Below are positions 36,505 through 49,300 of a stretch of DNA of 64,000 nt, one piece after another. This DNA comes from Raja brachyura. Taxonomy: Eukaryota. The DNA lies in contig OY740797.1 in the NCBI GenBank assembly GCA_963514005.1, forward strand, positions 19,902,001-19,966,000, in the 5' to 3' direction. Position 1 is the stretch's first letter. Every line of letters starts with the position of its first letter. The translations under genes were made by a program, and so were the position numbers. The notes beneath the pieces were generated by a model. That model saw only the letters and a program-made list of their open reading frames with translations, made no database searches and was not told where the DNA came from.

Positions 36505-37810
36505 TCTTTTGGAAAGCATTGATTTATGAAGGGGAAATCATGCTTGACTAATCTTTCTGGAGGATGTAACAAGTAGAATGGATAAGGGAGAGCCAGTGGA
36601 TGTGGTATATCTGGACTTTCAAAAGCCTTTGACAAGGTCCCCCACAAGAGATTAGCATGCAAAATTAGAGCACATGGTACTGGGGGTAGGGTATTGACAT
36701 GGATAGAGATCTGGTTGGCAGACAGAAAGCAAAGAGTAGGATTTCACGGGTCCTTTTCAGAATGGCAGGCAGTGACTCATGGGGTGTCACAAGGCTCGGT
36801 GCTGGGACCCCAGTTATTTATGATATATATTAATGATTTAGATGAGGGAATTGAATGTACCATCTCCAAGTTTGTAGATGTCACAAAGCTAGATGGCAGT
36901 GTGACCCGCGAGGAGGATGTTATGAGGCTGCAGGGTGATTTGGAAAGGTTGTGTGAGTGGGCAAATGCATGGCAGGTTCAGTATAATGTAGATAAATGTG
37001 TACTTATCCACTTTGGTGGCAAGAACAGGCAGTCAGATTATTATTTCTTAATGGTGTCAGATTAAGAAAAGGGGAAGTGCAACAAAACCTGGATGTGGTT
37101 GTACATCAGTCACTGAAAGTAAGCATACAGGTATAGCAGACAGTGAAGAAAGCTAATGGCACGTTGGCCTTCATTGCGATAGGATTTGAGTTTAGAGGCA
37201 AAGAGGTCCAACTGCAGTTGTACAGGCCCCTGGTGAGACATCACCTGGAGTATTGTGTGCAATTTTGGTGTCCTATTTTGAGGAAGGACGTTATTGCTAT
37301 AGAGGGAGTGCAGCATAGGTTCATTCACCGGGTTAACACCCGGATGACGGGACTGACATATGATGAAATAATTGGTCGACTGGGCTTGTATTCACTGGAA
37401 TTTAGAAGGATGAGAGGAGATCTTACAGAAGCATATAACATTCTTAAAGGATTGGACAGGCTAGATGCATTAAAAATGTTGCTGATGTTCGGGGAGCCCA
37501 GAACCAGGGGTCATAGTTTAAGAATAAGGGGTGGGCCTTTTAGGACTGAGATGAGGAAAAACGTTTTCACCCAGAGAGTTGTGAATCTGTGGAATTCTCT
37601 GCCACAGAAGGCAGTGGAGGCCAATTCACTGATCGTTTTCAGGAGAATTAGATTTTACTGGTAGAGCTAAAGGAATCTAGGGATATGTGGAAAATGCAGG
37701 AATGGTATACTGATTTTAGATGATCCGCCATGATCATAGTTAATGGCGGTGCTGGCTCGATGGGCCGAATGGCCTACTGCATCTGTTTTTCTTTGTTTTT
37801 ATGTTTCTAT
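36505..37810 (+). mobile_element. CR1 LINE 3' fragment (degraded)
   Basis: RT ORF pieces 36694-37065 and 37143-37664; CR1 tail. Confidence 0.9.
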
Positions 37811-38331
37811 CTTCTCAAACTTCTGAGGAAGTGGAGACATTGAATAGATGTCTTTGTGTTCACCACAATGTGCCAAGTGCATCGTGATCAATATTCACCA
37901 GTTTGGTCAAACACACAAATACCATGGCTGCCCTGCCAGATAGGGTCAGGATCCTAGTATCCTCTGACGATTAATTGGCAACATCGCATTCAAATATTCA
38001 ACGTCACATTTAAAGTGAGCATCGTTCTCAACTATCCGTTCCATTTAATTCCCTGTGACCACTGAAGACACCATGCCTATTTGACTATGATGAAAATATC
38101 TTCAATCTGTTGCTTGAACGTCATTCCAAAGCTCACATGAGTTTATTGTTGTGGGCAGTGTTACCTGGGCATATCCCATCTGCATGGATCATTAAATGAG
38201 CAGTTTTGCGTAATGTAGATTTATTTAGCTACTTTCTGTAAAGTAATGAACCCATGAATTTACATTATGATAAGGTTTACTGTCATTTAGCATGTCCTAT
38301 ATGCCTTCTGGTCAGGACACTTCTACGGGCT

Positions 38332-38468
38332 TCTTCTTCTTTCGTGTGGCATGCACAGCCTAAAGTTGTAGGACAACTTGTTCTATTTTATCTTCCGTTT
38401 GTGCATGTCGAGTTGATTGCAGTAGTCGAAACAGGGCGGACCATGTGAAGGTTGCAATCTTCCGCCCC
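38332..38468 (-). mobile_element. Short SINE-like retroposon with a (GAA)n tail
   Basis: Starts GGGGCGGAAG, ends (GAA)n; flanked by 12-bp near-duplication CTTCTACGGGCT / CTTCTACTGGCT (38320-38331, 38469-38480). Confidence 0.65.
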
Positions 38469-38592
38469 CTTCTACTGGCTGATTGGAGTATAGGAGAGAA
38501 AGACTCATCCACTGCACATTCTTTCATTCATCTTAGATTCAATATGTCGATGAGTACTCGGTTTAACCTCTACAGGTGTAAGGTAGAGAACA

Positions 38593-39070
38593 TGTGTAGG
38601 AAGGAACTGCAGATGCTGGTTTATACCGAAGACAGCCAGAAAATGCTGGAATAACTCAGCACATAACTCCAGCATCTATGGAGAACACGAACAGGTGACA
38701 TTTTGGGTTGGAATGTTTCTTCAGACTGAAAGATAGAAAAGAGTAGAACAAAACAGAGCTGGTAATAGATGAACTCCGGAAGGATGAAGTCTTTAATGGC
38801 CTATTGTTGGCTGGGGAATATAAGCTAACGACATGGATACAAAGATGTGAACAGTGGATCTAGTTGGACAAAAAAAAAAGGGGGGGGGGTAGGAATGCAG
38901 ATGTTACTTGAAATTTACAATCGACTTTACCACTGGTTTATAAGCTGCCCAAGCGAAAAATGATGTGATGTTCCTTCAATTTGCTTGTGGCCTCCTTCTG
39001 AGAAAGGAGGAGGCCCAGGACAGAAGGGTCAGTATGTCAATCGGAAGGGGATTGGTTGGCAACTGGGAGA
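38593..39070 (-). mobile_element. Degraded Penelope-like 3' fragment
   Basis: Reverse-complement homology to 41370-41977, covering the GIY-YIG C-terminus and tail. Confidence 0.65.
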
Positions 39071-39409
39071 TTGCATGACAGATTGTGTTTAATCCAAACA
39101 AGTGCACTTTGGGAGACCAGATGTAAGGGGGGGAATATGCTATCAATCATAAGACCCTTAAAACAGCAATAATATTTGATAGAGTGTAAAGAATGCGTAT
39201 GCTATGCATGCCTTCGTCCGTCCATTCATTGAATATAAGTGGCAGAATGTCATGTTGCAGCTTAGAATATTGTATGCATTTCCGGTCACCCCGATACAAG
39301 AAGACTTTGGAAAGGGAGTAGGAGAAGTTCACTAGATTTCTACATGGACTGCAGGTTATTAGCTATAACGAGAGGTTGGAAAGGCTGGATTGTTTTCTCT
39401 GGAGCGTCG

Positions 39410-41124
39410 GGGTTCTGTCTTCACTAAGGAAGACATAAATAATCTGCCGGAAATAGCAGGGGACCGGGGGTCAAATAAGATGGAGGAACTGAGTGAAATC
39501 CAGGTTTGCCGGGAAGTAGTGTTGGGTAAATTGAACGGATTAAAGGCCGATAAATCCCCAGGGCCAGATAGTCTGCATTCCAGAGTACTCAAGGAAGTTG
39601 CCACAGAAATAGTGGATGCATTAGTGATAATTTTTCAAAACTCCTTAGATTCTGGAGTAGATCCTGAGGATTGGAGGGTAGCTAATGTAGCCCCACTTTT
39701 AAAAAAAGGAGGGAGAGAGAAAACGGGGAATTACAGACCAGTTAGTCTAACATCGGTAGTGGGAAAACTGCTAGAGTCAGTTATTAAAGATGGGACAGCA
39801 GCACATTTGGAAAGTGGTGAAATCATTGGACAAAGTCCGCATGGATTTACGAAAGGTAAATCATGTCTGACGAATCTTATAGAATTTTTCGAAGATGTAA
39901 CTAGTAGAGTGGATAAGGGAGAACCAGTGGACGTGTTGTATCTAGACTTTCAGAAGGCTTTCGACAAGGTCCCACATAAGAGATCAGTATGCAAACTTAA
40001 AGCACACGGTATTGGGGGTTCAGTATTGATGTGGATAGAGAACTGGCTGGCAGACAGGAAGCAAAGGGTAGGAGTAAACGGGTCCTTTTCAGAATGGCAG
40101 GCAGTGACTAGTGGGGTACCGCAAGGCTCAGTGCTGGGACCCCAGCTATTTACAATATATATTAATGATTTGGACGAGGGAATTGAATGCAACATCTCCA
40201 AGTTTGCGGATGACACTAAGCTGGGGGGTAGTGTTAGGTGTGAGGAGGATGCTAGGAGGCTGCAAGGCGAATTGGATAGGCTGGGCGAGTGGGCAAATGC
40301 ATGGCAGATGCAGTATAATGTGGATAAATGTGAGGTTATCCACTTTGACGGCAAAAACAGGAGCGGAGACTATTATCTGAATGGTGGCAGGTTAGGTAAA
40401 GGGGAGATGCAACGAGACCTGGGTGTCATGGTACACCAGTCCTTGAAGGTAGGCATGCAGGTGCAGCAGGCAGTGAAGAAAGCGAATGGTATGTAAGCAT
40501 TCATAGGGAAATGATTTGAGTCTAGGAGCAGGGAGGTTCTACTGCAGTTGTATAGGGTTTTGGTGAGACCACACCTGGAGTATTGCATACAGTTTTGGTC
40601 TCCAAATCTAAGGAAATACATTCTTGCCATAGAGGGGGCACAGAGAAGGTTCACCAGACTGATTCCTGGGATGTCAGGACTTTCATATGAGGAAAGACTG
40701 GATAGACTCGACTTATACTCGCTAGAATTTAGAAGATTGAGGCGGGATCTTATAGAAACTTACACAATTCTTAAGGGGTTGGACAGGCTAGATGCAGGAA
40801 GATTTTTGGTGAGGTCCAGAACAAGTGGTCGCAGTCTAAGGATAAGGGGGAATTCCTTTCGGACCGAGATGAGGAAAACATTTTTCACACAGAGAGTGGT
40901 GAGTCTCTGGAATTCTCTCCCACAGAAGGTAGTTGAGGCCAGTTCATTGGCTATATTTAAGAGGGAGTTAAATGTGGCCCTTGTGGCTAAAGGGATCAGG
41001 GGGTACGGAGAGAAAGCAGGTACAGGTAGCAGGTTGAATGATCAGCCATGATCATATTGAATGGCGGTGCAGGCTCGAAGGGTTGAATGGCCTACTCCTG
41101 CACCTATTTTCTATGTTTCTATGT
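39410..41124 (+). mobile_element. CR1-A LINE, 5'-truncated
   Basis: 368-aa RT ORF 39390-40496 (KFADD) plus 40548-41051; TTTCTATG tail; older CR1 remnant just upstream (39070-39410). Confidence 0.93.
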
Positions 41125-41369
41125 ACCTGCAGAGGGTTTGCATTCATTTCTAATCCATCCTATTTCCCGAAAATAGACTCTCTCTCATTAACTCTTCCGT
41201 TTCACTAGCCATTAGTGTAAATGTAGTTTTCCACTTATTCTGTTTCTCTCAAAATGTTGAGGCATAGGCAGATAGATTATTGATAAGCAATAACGGGTGG
41301 CATTAATTTCCTATCCTTGTTCGATTCTAATGTTCCCATCCGATAAAAAATCGTTCTAGTCGAAAAACT

Positions 41370-41977
41370 CCAAGCGGAGGCTGGGCGATCGTTTCGCCGA
41401 ACACCTCCGCTCGGTCCGCAATAACCATCCCGACCTCCCGGTGGCTCAGCACTTCAACTCCCCCTCCCATTCCGTATCCGACCTCTCGGTCCTGGACCTC
41501 CTCCACGGCCAGAGTGAGCAACACCGCAAGTTGGAGGAATAGCACCTCATATTCCGCTTGGGGAGTCTGCATCCCCTGGGCTTAAACATTGAATTTTCTC
41601 AGTTCTGTTAACCCAAGCTGCCACCTCCCCCTCCCCACCTCTCCCTCAGCCCTCGGGCCCTGGAATTCCTTTTCTATCTCCACCCCCCCCCCAACCCAAG
41701 TCGCACTAGCTTCTCATTTTCACACTAAAACAGCTTACAATGGCCTGTTTCCTTTATCATCAATACTTTTTTGCATATCTTTCATTCATTGTTCTTTATC
41801 TCTCCACATCACTGTCTATATCTCTCGTTTCCCTGATCCCTGACCAGTCTGAAGAAGGGTCTTGACCCGAAACGTCGCCTATCTCCTTCGCTCCTTAGAT
41901 GCTGCTGCACCCGCTGAGTTTCTCCAGCTTTTTGTGTAACCTTCGATTCTCCAGCATCTGCAGTTCCTTCTTTAACA
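41370..41977 (+). mobile_element. Penelope-like element 3' fragment (GIY-YIG endonuclease C-terminus plus tail)
   Basis: 41372-41611 translates KRRLGDRFAEHLRSV...PVAQHFNS...RKLEE*HLIFRLGSLHPLGLN, typical of PLE endonuclease ends; hammerhead-like motif at 41849-41876. Confidence 0.85.
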
Positions 41978-42219
41978 CTAAGCAAAGAAATGCAAGGCAG
42001 CGGGACTCGATTGCAAATGTCCAGTGGTATTGATATCCACCAACACGAACTGATGTTTGCAGGCTGGTGACGGCGTACCTTGAACCACTGCAATTCACCC
42101 AACACTGAAAATGCAGAGACGACAGACACAATCTCCTTGTTACTACACCCATCTTTAGAACATCTGGATAACACCTACCTGCATACCAGACTCTGAATGT
42201 AACTCGGCCTTCAAAACCA

Positions 42220-45200
42220 ATTTTACTTCGGAGTCACGTAAGTGAATACGTGAAGAAGCCCTGCCTGGCACTTGATCGGCATTACGTCGACGCTGTCGGT
42301 AGGGAAAGAGCTGCAGAGCACAGCTCCACACAGCGGTAAGGAAACAGCCCGCAGGTAAGTGAAATTATTTTACTTCCAGGGCGTTTTCAAAACTCCGTAG
42401 GCTGGTGGGTAAACCAGGAGCAGTAAAACTAAAATGGAGAAAGTTAAAAAATCGCGGGTAAAACGTGTGTCCCGGGGTGGAGAAGAGTCGGGACAGCAGA
42501 TTATTGCAGAGCCGGTTCCGATACTGGTGGCCGTTGAAATACCCGTTAGTGAGCATTTGGTTGCTCCACAAACAGAAACTTTGGAGGAAAACCCAGTGCC
42601 TAAAAATGTAAAAGAAAATCTGAATGGCCTGAGGTTTCTGATGAATCCGATTCGGAAGGTCCTCTAGAAAGGAAAGCCTTATGGCTCAGAATGGATCAAA
42701 TGGAGAAAATGCTCCAAACTATAATCAACCAAGGGTCTAAGAACCCAGAATATTCCCAGGCAGCCCCTGAGGAGGTTCCATATCATGAATATGGTGCCAG
42801 TTTGAATTGGGAATTTGAAACTCCAGTGCCCGGGATTGGGCTGGAGGAAGTCTCCTTTGAACAAGTTTCAGGAGTACCAGGGCTGTATGAGACTGACCCT
42901 GAAAGTGGTGATTGCGGTCAGGAGTACCCACCACAATACAAATATGTTGATCCAGGTGTGCCTGATGTGGCACAAAGTTTTGCTATACCTGGAGGAGGCG
43001 GTGAGGCCATGGAAGAAAACCTGGCAGCCAATATTAATTATATGGTCTCTCACCCGCTTCAAGAAGCTGTTATGGTTGAGACAGCAGATTTGTATAAAAC
43101 ACCTATTAATTGTACCTCACTGAAGGTACCTATGGTGAATCCGGCTATTTGGGCGCCAATGTCATCAATGATGCGCAGGAATTACGATTTCAAAGAATCC
43201 TCAAACTGATTTTGGCTGGCATCACTGCCTTTGGAAGACAAGTGGAAGGCTGTGGAATGACCAAAGTTCAGAAGCATACGTTGGCATTTTCCGCAACTCA
43301 TTTTTTGAGATAAATTGTATGAGGAAGATTGCCATTCGGCCTCTTTTACATCCAAGATTTGCACGGTTGTGCAGATCAAGCAATGTTCAAGCTCCTGGTT
43401 ATTTGTTCAGAGAAAATCTGTCTAAACAAATTAAAGAAATTGATGAAGAGGCAAAAACTATTGGCCTTATGAAACCCTTCAATTTTGGCCAGAGAAGGGC
43501 CGGTCAAATGAGAAGGGGATTTGATTTTGGAGCTGGAACAAGCTGAGGCAGGAGTATGGTAAGGAGGAATTACCAACCAGCACAGCCAAATGTGCACCCA
43601 TTTGTTGGGAGAAGGAGATCACTATGTCCGGTTGGAGAGGTACAAAAACTTTATCCTATTAAAGAAGAATTTTTGGATGAACCTCAGATTGGTGGTAGAC
43701 TCCGAATGTTTTATAATGAATGGGACAGTATAACATCTCATCGTGTTATATTAGATACTGTTTTAGGATCTACCATTGATTTTGTAGAAGGTATGGATCC
43801 ACTGGGACAGAATATGCCTAATCATACTTTGATGTTTTCTGTTCTTGAAAAAATTGATAAAGAGGTTAAGAATTTGTGTAGAAAAGGAGTTATCGAGAAA
43901 ACAGGAGAGGATCCACAACAATTTGTGTCAAATATTTTCCCCAGACCAAAGAAAGATGGGGGTTGTAGAATCATTTTAGATCTCACACAATTGAATACAT
44001 TTGTCCAGTATAAACATTTTAAAATGGACACCTTCAACACTGCAATGCAGCTGGTATTAACAGGTTGTTATATGGCTACAATAGATTTGAAGGATGCATG
44101 TTATTCAGTTCCCATTCATCATCACTTTCGCAGGTATTTAAAGTTTAAGTGGATGGGACAGCTGTGGCAATACAAAGCATTACCTAATGGATTGTTCAGC
44201 ACCTAGACTGTTCACTAAATTGATGAAGCCAGCACTTGCACTGCTAAGGGCACAAAAACACATCGTTATGGCTTATCTAGAATATAAAATATCAATATCA
44301 AAAATATAGTCAGTCGGTATGGAGTGCCAGACATTGATCTGTTTGCATCTAGATTGAATCACCAATTGCCCAAATACGTGTCTTGGGAACATGATCCAGG
44401 GGCAGTAGCGGTGGATGCTTTCTCGCTACACTGGGGGAATACGTTCTTTTATGCTTTCCCCCCATTCTGTCTGATTGGGCAATGTCTCAAGAAAATAGCG
44501 CAAGATGCTGCCAAAGGCATTTTGGTGGTGCCAAATTGGCCTACGCAGTCATGGTTCCCATTGATGCTAAAAATGATTATTGAACCACGTATGACGATTC
44601 CTAGTTGCGACAATTTGTTGACACAACCAGTAACAAAAGAAGTTCATCCATTGCATGATCATATGAATTTGTTAAACTGCCAGTTCTGACCAGACCATTG
44701 CAAGAGTTTGAACTGTCGGACAGGACCATGGATGTTATAGGTGCAGCTTGGAGGAATAGCACTAAAAAACAATATATGTTGCATATAAGGAAATGGGAAG
44801 CCTTTTGTAGACAGTCAAAGATATCATACTGCAAACATTTCAAATGTATTGGAGCTCCTTGCTGGGTTACATTTTGATGAGCATTTGAGTTATAGTGCCA
44901 TTAATTGTGCTCATAGTGCTTTGTCATCCTACTTTTTGAAACAAATTTCTGATCGAGATTCAGTTGGGTCTCACCCATTAGTATCCCGATTCATGAAAGG
45001 AATTTTTAATAAAAATCCTCCCAAGCCCAGATATACAGAAATTTGGGATGTTAGCATTGTTCTCACGTTGCTTAAGCAATGGACTCCAATTACTTCAATG
45101 TCTTTGCAGAAGTTAACATTGAAGGTAGTAATGTTAATGGCATTAGTATCAACTCAAAGAGTACAAACTTTGCAATTGTTACGGTTAGATTGCATTCATG

Positions 45201-46233
45201 TGGCTGCAGATAACATTGTATTTTATGTTTATGATCTGATCAAACAAAGCAGACCGGGGAGAACTGGAGCTAAGGTAATGTTTAAAGCATATCCTATTGA
45301 TGAAACATTGTGTGTAGTTAAGCATTTAACTCAATACATTGAACTAACCAAAAATCTCAGAGGTTCTGAGACAGCGTTATTGATAACGCACAAAAAACCA
45401 CATACAAAAGTTTCAGTTCAAACCATTTCTAGATGGTTAAAACAGGTTTTGGATCTAGCAGGAATAGACACTGATGTGTTTAAATCTCACTCCACTAGGG
45501 CGGCAGCTACGTCCACGGCGAAGGTACAGGACGTACCACTCGATCAAATTTTAGAGGCCGCAGGGTGGTGTAGAGAAGAAACTTTTTCAAAGTTCTACGA
45601 TAAACCTGTTGTCACGGTGCCAGGATTTGGACACGCAGTACTGGGTTCTCTTTAAATGCTTGCTTTGTTTTATATTATCGATTTATGTTATCATTGATAT
45701 CATTATCATTTTTTCTTTTGTAAGATTTTCCCCTACGATAGAGGGGTTATTATTAAAAATTGTTCTTTTTATGATTAAAAGACATTACATAAATTGTAGC
45801 AATGTTTTAAAATACTATTTACTCACTACTGTATTGACTAAACAGAGTGTCGTATGGAATGAATCTACAGCATGAAAAACACAGAGCTTTAAAATCTTCA
45901 CGTAGTCACTCACGTCACTCTGAAGTAAAATAGTAAGATTAAACGAGAACTTACCTGTTTGAAGTTTGATCTTTATGTTATGAGGAGTTACGATGAGGGA
46001 TTACGTGCCCTCCGCTCCCAACCCTCATAATATAAATGATCATCTGGTAGTTCTAGTCTATGTTGGGCCTTACTATCTTACTCCAGCTATTGGTTCTGTG
46101 TTTTTCATGCCGCTGCTTTGAAGTATGAAGATCAAGCGCCAGGCGGGGCTTCTTCACGTAATCCCTCATCGTAACTCCTCATAAAATAAAGATCAAACTT
46201 CGAACAGATAAATTCTCGTTTAATCTTACTATT
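42220..46233 (+). mobile_element. DIRS1-type tyrosine-recombinase retrotransposon A (internally deleted)
   Basis: Broken gag-like region 42434-43546; RT N-terminal part 43556-44206; methyltransferase-like 44324-44689 (PDIDLFASRLNHQ); YR 44849-45655 (QRVQ, HSTRAAA, AGW, FY); ITRs plus internal complementary region ~45896-46007; ATT at both ends. Confidence 0.93.
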
Positions 46234-46319
46234 AATCTCCTAACGCCTGGATCAAAGACTCAGAAAATTGACCTACAACTCGATCCCCACTTCCTGATCT
46301 AAAGATTGCAGTCAATAAG

Positions 46320-49300
46320 AATAGTAAGATTGAACGAGAACTTAACAGTTCGAAGGTTGATCTTTATTTCATGAGGAGTTGCGGTGAGGGATTTCGTGAA
46401 GAGCCCGCCGGCACGCATGCGCGACATTCTTCAAAGTAGCGGTGTGGAATCACAGAAACAACAACAGAAATGATTTGGCATAGTAAGATTAAAGAGACTC
46501 TAATTACCAGTTGAGTATGATCGAGGGTTGGGAGCGGAGGGCACGAAATCCCTCACCGCAACTCCTCATGAAATAAAGATCAACCTTCGAACTGGTAAGT
46601 TCTCGTTCAATCTTACTATTTCATTTCGGAGTCACGTGAGTGACTTCGTGAAGACTTCAAAGCTTCTGTGATTACACGCCCTGGACCACGTCCATGCTGA
46701 CACACCACTAGCAAGGATGGATGGGAGTAAACAAGTTGATGAAACCAGGTTATACTGAAACACAAAGAATATTTATTAATAACACAGCAAAATCCCCTTA
46801 TTCGGGGACATCCCCACGTTCTTGCCCGGCGTTCAGCACGGCCTCCGCGAACTGTAGGGGAGCATCAATAGGCTTATTATAGAACCACTGGAACACAGCT
46901 TCATTCGCCCATCCTGCTTTGGCGAGAATATGGTCCATGGGCACCTCCATGACCCTCGCCGCCGACGTCGATGCAGCCCTGGTGGAGTGAGACTTGAACA
47001 CATTAGTGTCAATACCTGACTTACCCAAGACGATCCGGAGCCACCTGGATATCGTCTGGACTGTCACTCGATGGTGAGGTCTTTTATGAGTGACAAGCAG
47101 TTATTGCTCCATTCCTCTGATGCTCCTCGTCACCTTGACGTAGTAATGGATATGAGTGGCTAAACATAGCCGAGCATCTGCGGGGTATGCCGGGAACTTC
47201 AGCTGCAGCCCTGTGCACCCAGGTCTATGCTGCTTTAGTAGCTCATCAATGAAAAAGACTACTTCTCCAGGGGTAGACGTCATCCTATCAATACGGAGTT
47301 TGTGGAGCGTCTGAACCCGCTGTGCTGAAGTCAGCGCTAGTAACATCACCAGTTTCATGGTGAGTTTGTCCAGTTGTAACCCTTCCATGGGTGACCACGT
47401 CCTGAGCAGGGTAAGTACATCCCTGACATCCCAGGTGATGTGATAGCGTGGTGTAGGCGGATTCAAATTGAATATACCCCGCATTAGTCTGGACACTAGC
47501 CTGTTTGATCCTACCTCGATGTTGAGGTAGAATGACAGCGCACTCCTGGCGCTGTTGATGGCACTGTAACTTAAGTGTTCATCGTGGTGCAACCCCGCGA
47601 GGAATTCCAGAACGTCGGCTATGGAGACATCATCATAGGCGATGCGAGAGCGGCTGCAGTAGGCTTCCCACTTGGCGATGTGGGAGAGGTATCTTCGCCT
47701 GGTTGACTCTCGACATGATGCCCCAATGGTGTTCATGGTTCGGGTGGAGAGGCCATACTGCAACCATGGCCTGGTCAGAACCTGCAAGCCAGTAATTTTA
47801 AATAGGCATGGCAGGGGTGTGATTCCCCTGAGACAGGGTGAGAAACCAATTGCGGGCAACCCTCTAAAGGGACCCAGGGTTGACTAATCATGTCAAAGAC
47901 CACCGGATACCAAGGCTGTGTGGGCCAGTCGGGTATGATAAGAATGCCCCGAGCGGCATCCATCTTGATTTTTTGTAATACCCGACTGATGAGGCAAAAC
48001 GGGGGGAATGTGTAGAAAAACCAACTCCCCCAGTCTAGCGAGAATGCATCCATCGCTAATGCCCCAGGATCTGGTTCCCATGAAACGTATGTTGGTACCT
48101 GATGGTTCAACCATGACGCAAAGAGGTCAATATCCGGTTGACCAAATTTGGCTGTAATTTTGGCAAATATTTGAGGATGCAACATCCACTCAATATTATC
48201 ATTAAATTTGCGTGACCTGGTGTCTGCCACAGTATTAAGCCTACCTGGCAAATAGGTGGCTGAAATCCAAATATCCCGATCAATACACCAGAGCCAAATG
48301 GTATTAGCCAAATTGTCACATGAGACTGACCTGGTACCGCCCATATGGTTTAGATATGCCACCGCCGTGGTGTTGTCTATTTGGATACGGACATGAGCTC
48401 CACCGAGATTGGAACAATAAGCCCGAAGTCCGTGAAATGCTGCAAGCAGCTCCAAATAGTTTATCCCTTGTGATAGCAACATGCTAGCTTCAAGGGTGTC
48501 CCACCTACCCCCACAACTAGAACAGCTGTCCGTAGCTCCCCAGCCTTGGGAGCTTGCGTCAGTTTGCAAATATACCACCGGATTGGGCACAATAATGGGT
48601 TTGAAGGACCTGCCAATATTGGACACCCACCATTGTAGCTCAACCTCAGCATTAGGAGGCAGCCGCATTGGTCTGTCGAAATGACCAGCGTTCTTTTTTA
48701 ACGCGGCAATCTTGGCTCGTTGCAAATTTTGATAATGCAAAGGCCCGAATTGGGCTGCTGGAAACAATGCTATGATTTTGCCAATCACCTTAGCTGTTTG
48801 CCGGATAGATGGTATACTGGCGAATGCAAGATCCTGACATGCTTGGGTGACATCCTCAACCTTGTTAGTTGGTATGGTGGCCCTCATCCGATTGGAATCC
48901 ACCGTGAAGCCCAGATAATCCATAACCTGGGACGGGTAGAACTTGGACTTGTCTGGATGGACAATAAACCCCAGCCGCTGAAATATCGTGACAGTGGCCG
49001 AAACTGCCCTCTCAGCTGCCTCCAGGGTTTTGCCAATAATCAGGATATCATCCAAATAGGCCATTACAATATGTTGTTGTTTTCTTAATTGGGCCATAAT
49101 AGGCTTGAGCAATTTAGTAAACAGCCTAGGGGCGGTTGTAAGCCCTGTATTGCCAGAGCTGATCCATCCAAACAAATTTCAGAAACTTCCGGTGATGTTT
49201 CCGAATGGATACTGAATAGTATGCATCTTTTAAATCAATACATGCCATAAAGCAACCATGCGAAATCAGTGATTTGGCTGTCTCAAAGGTGTCCATTTTA

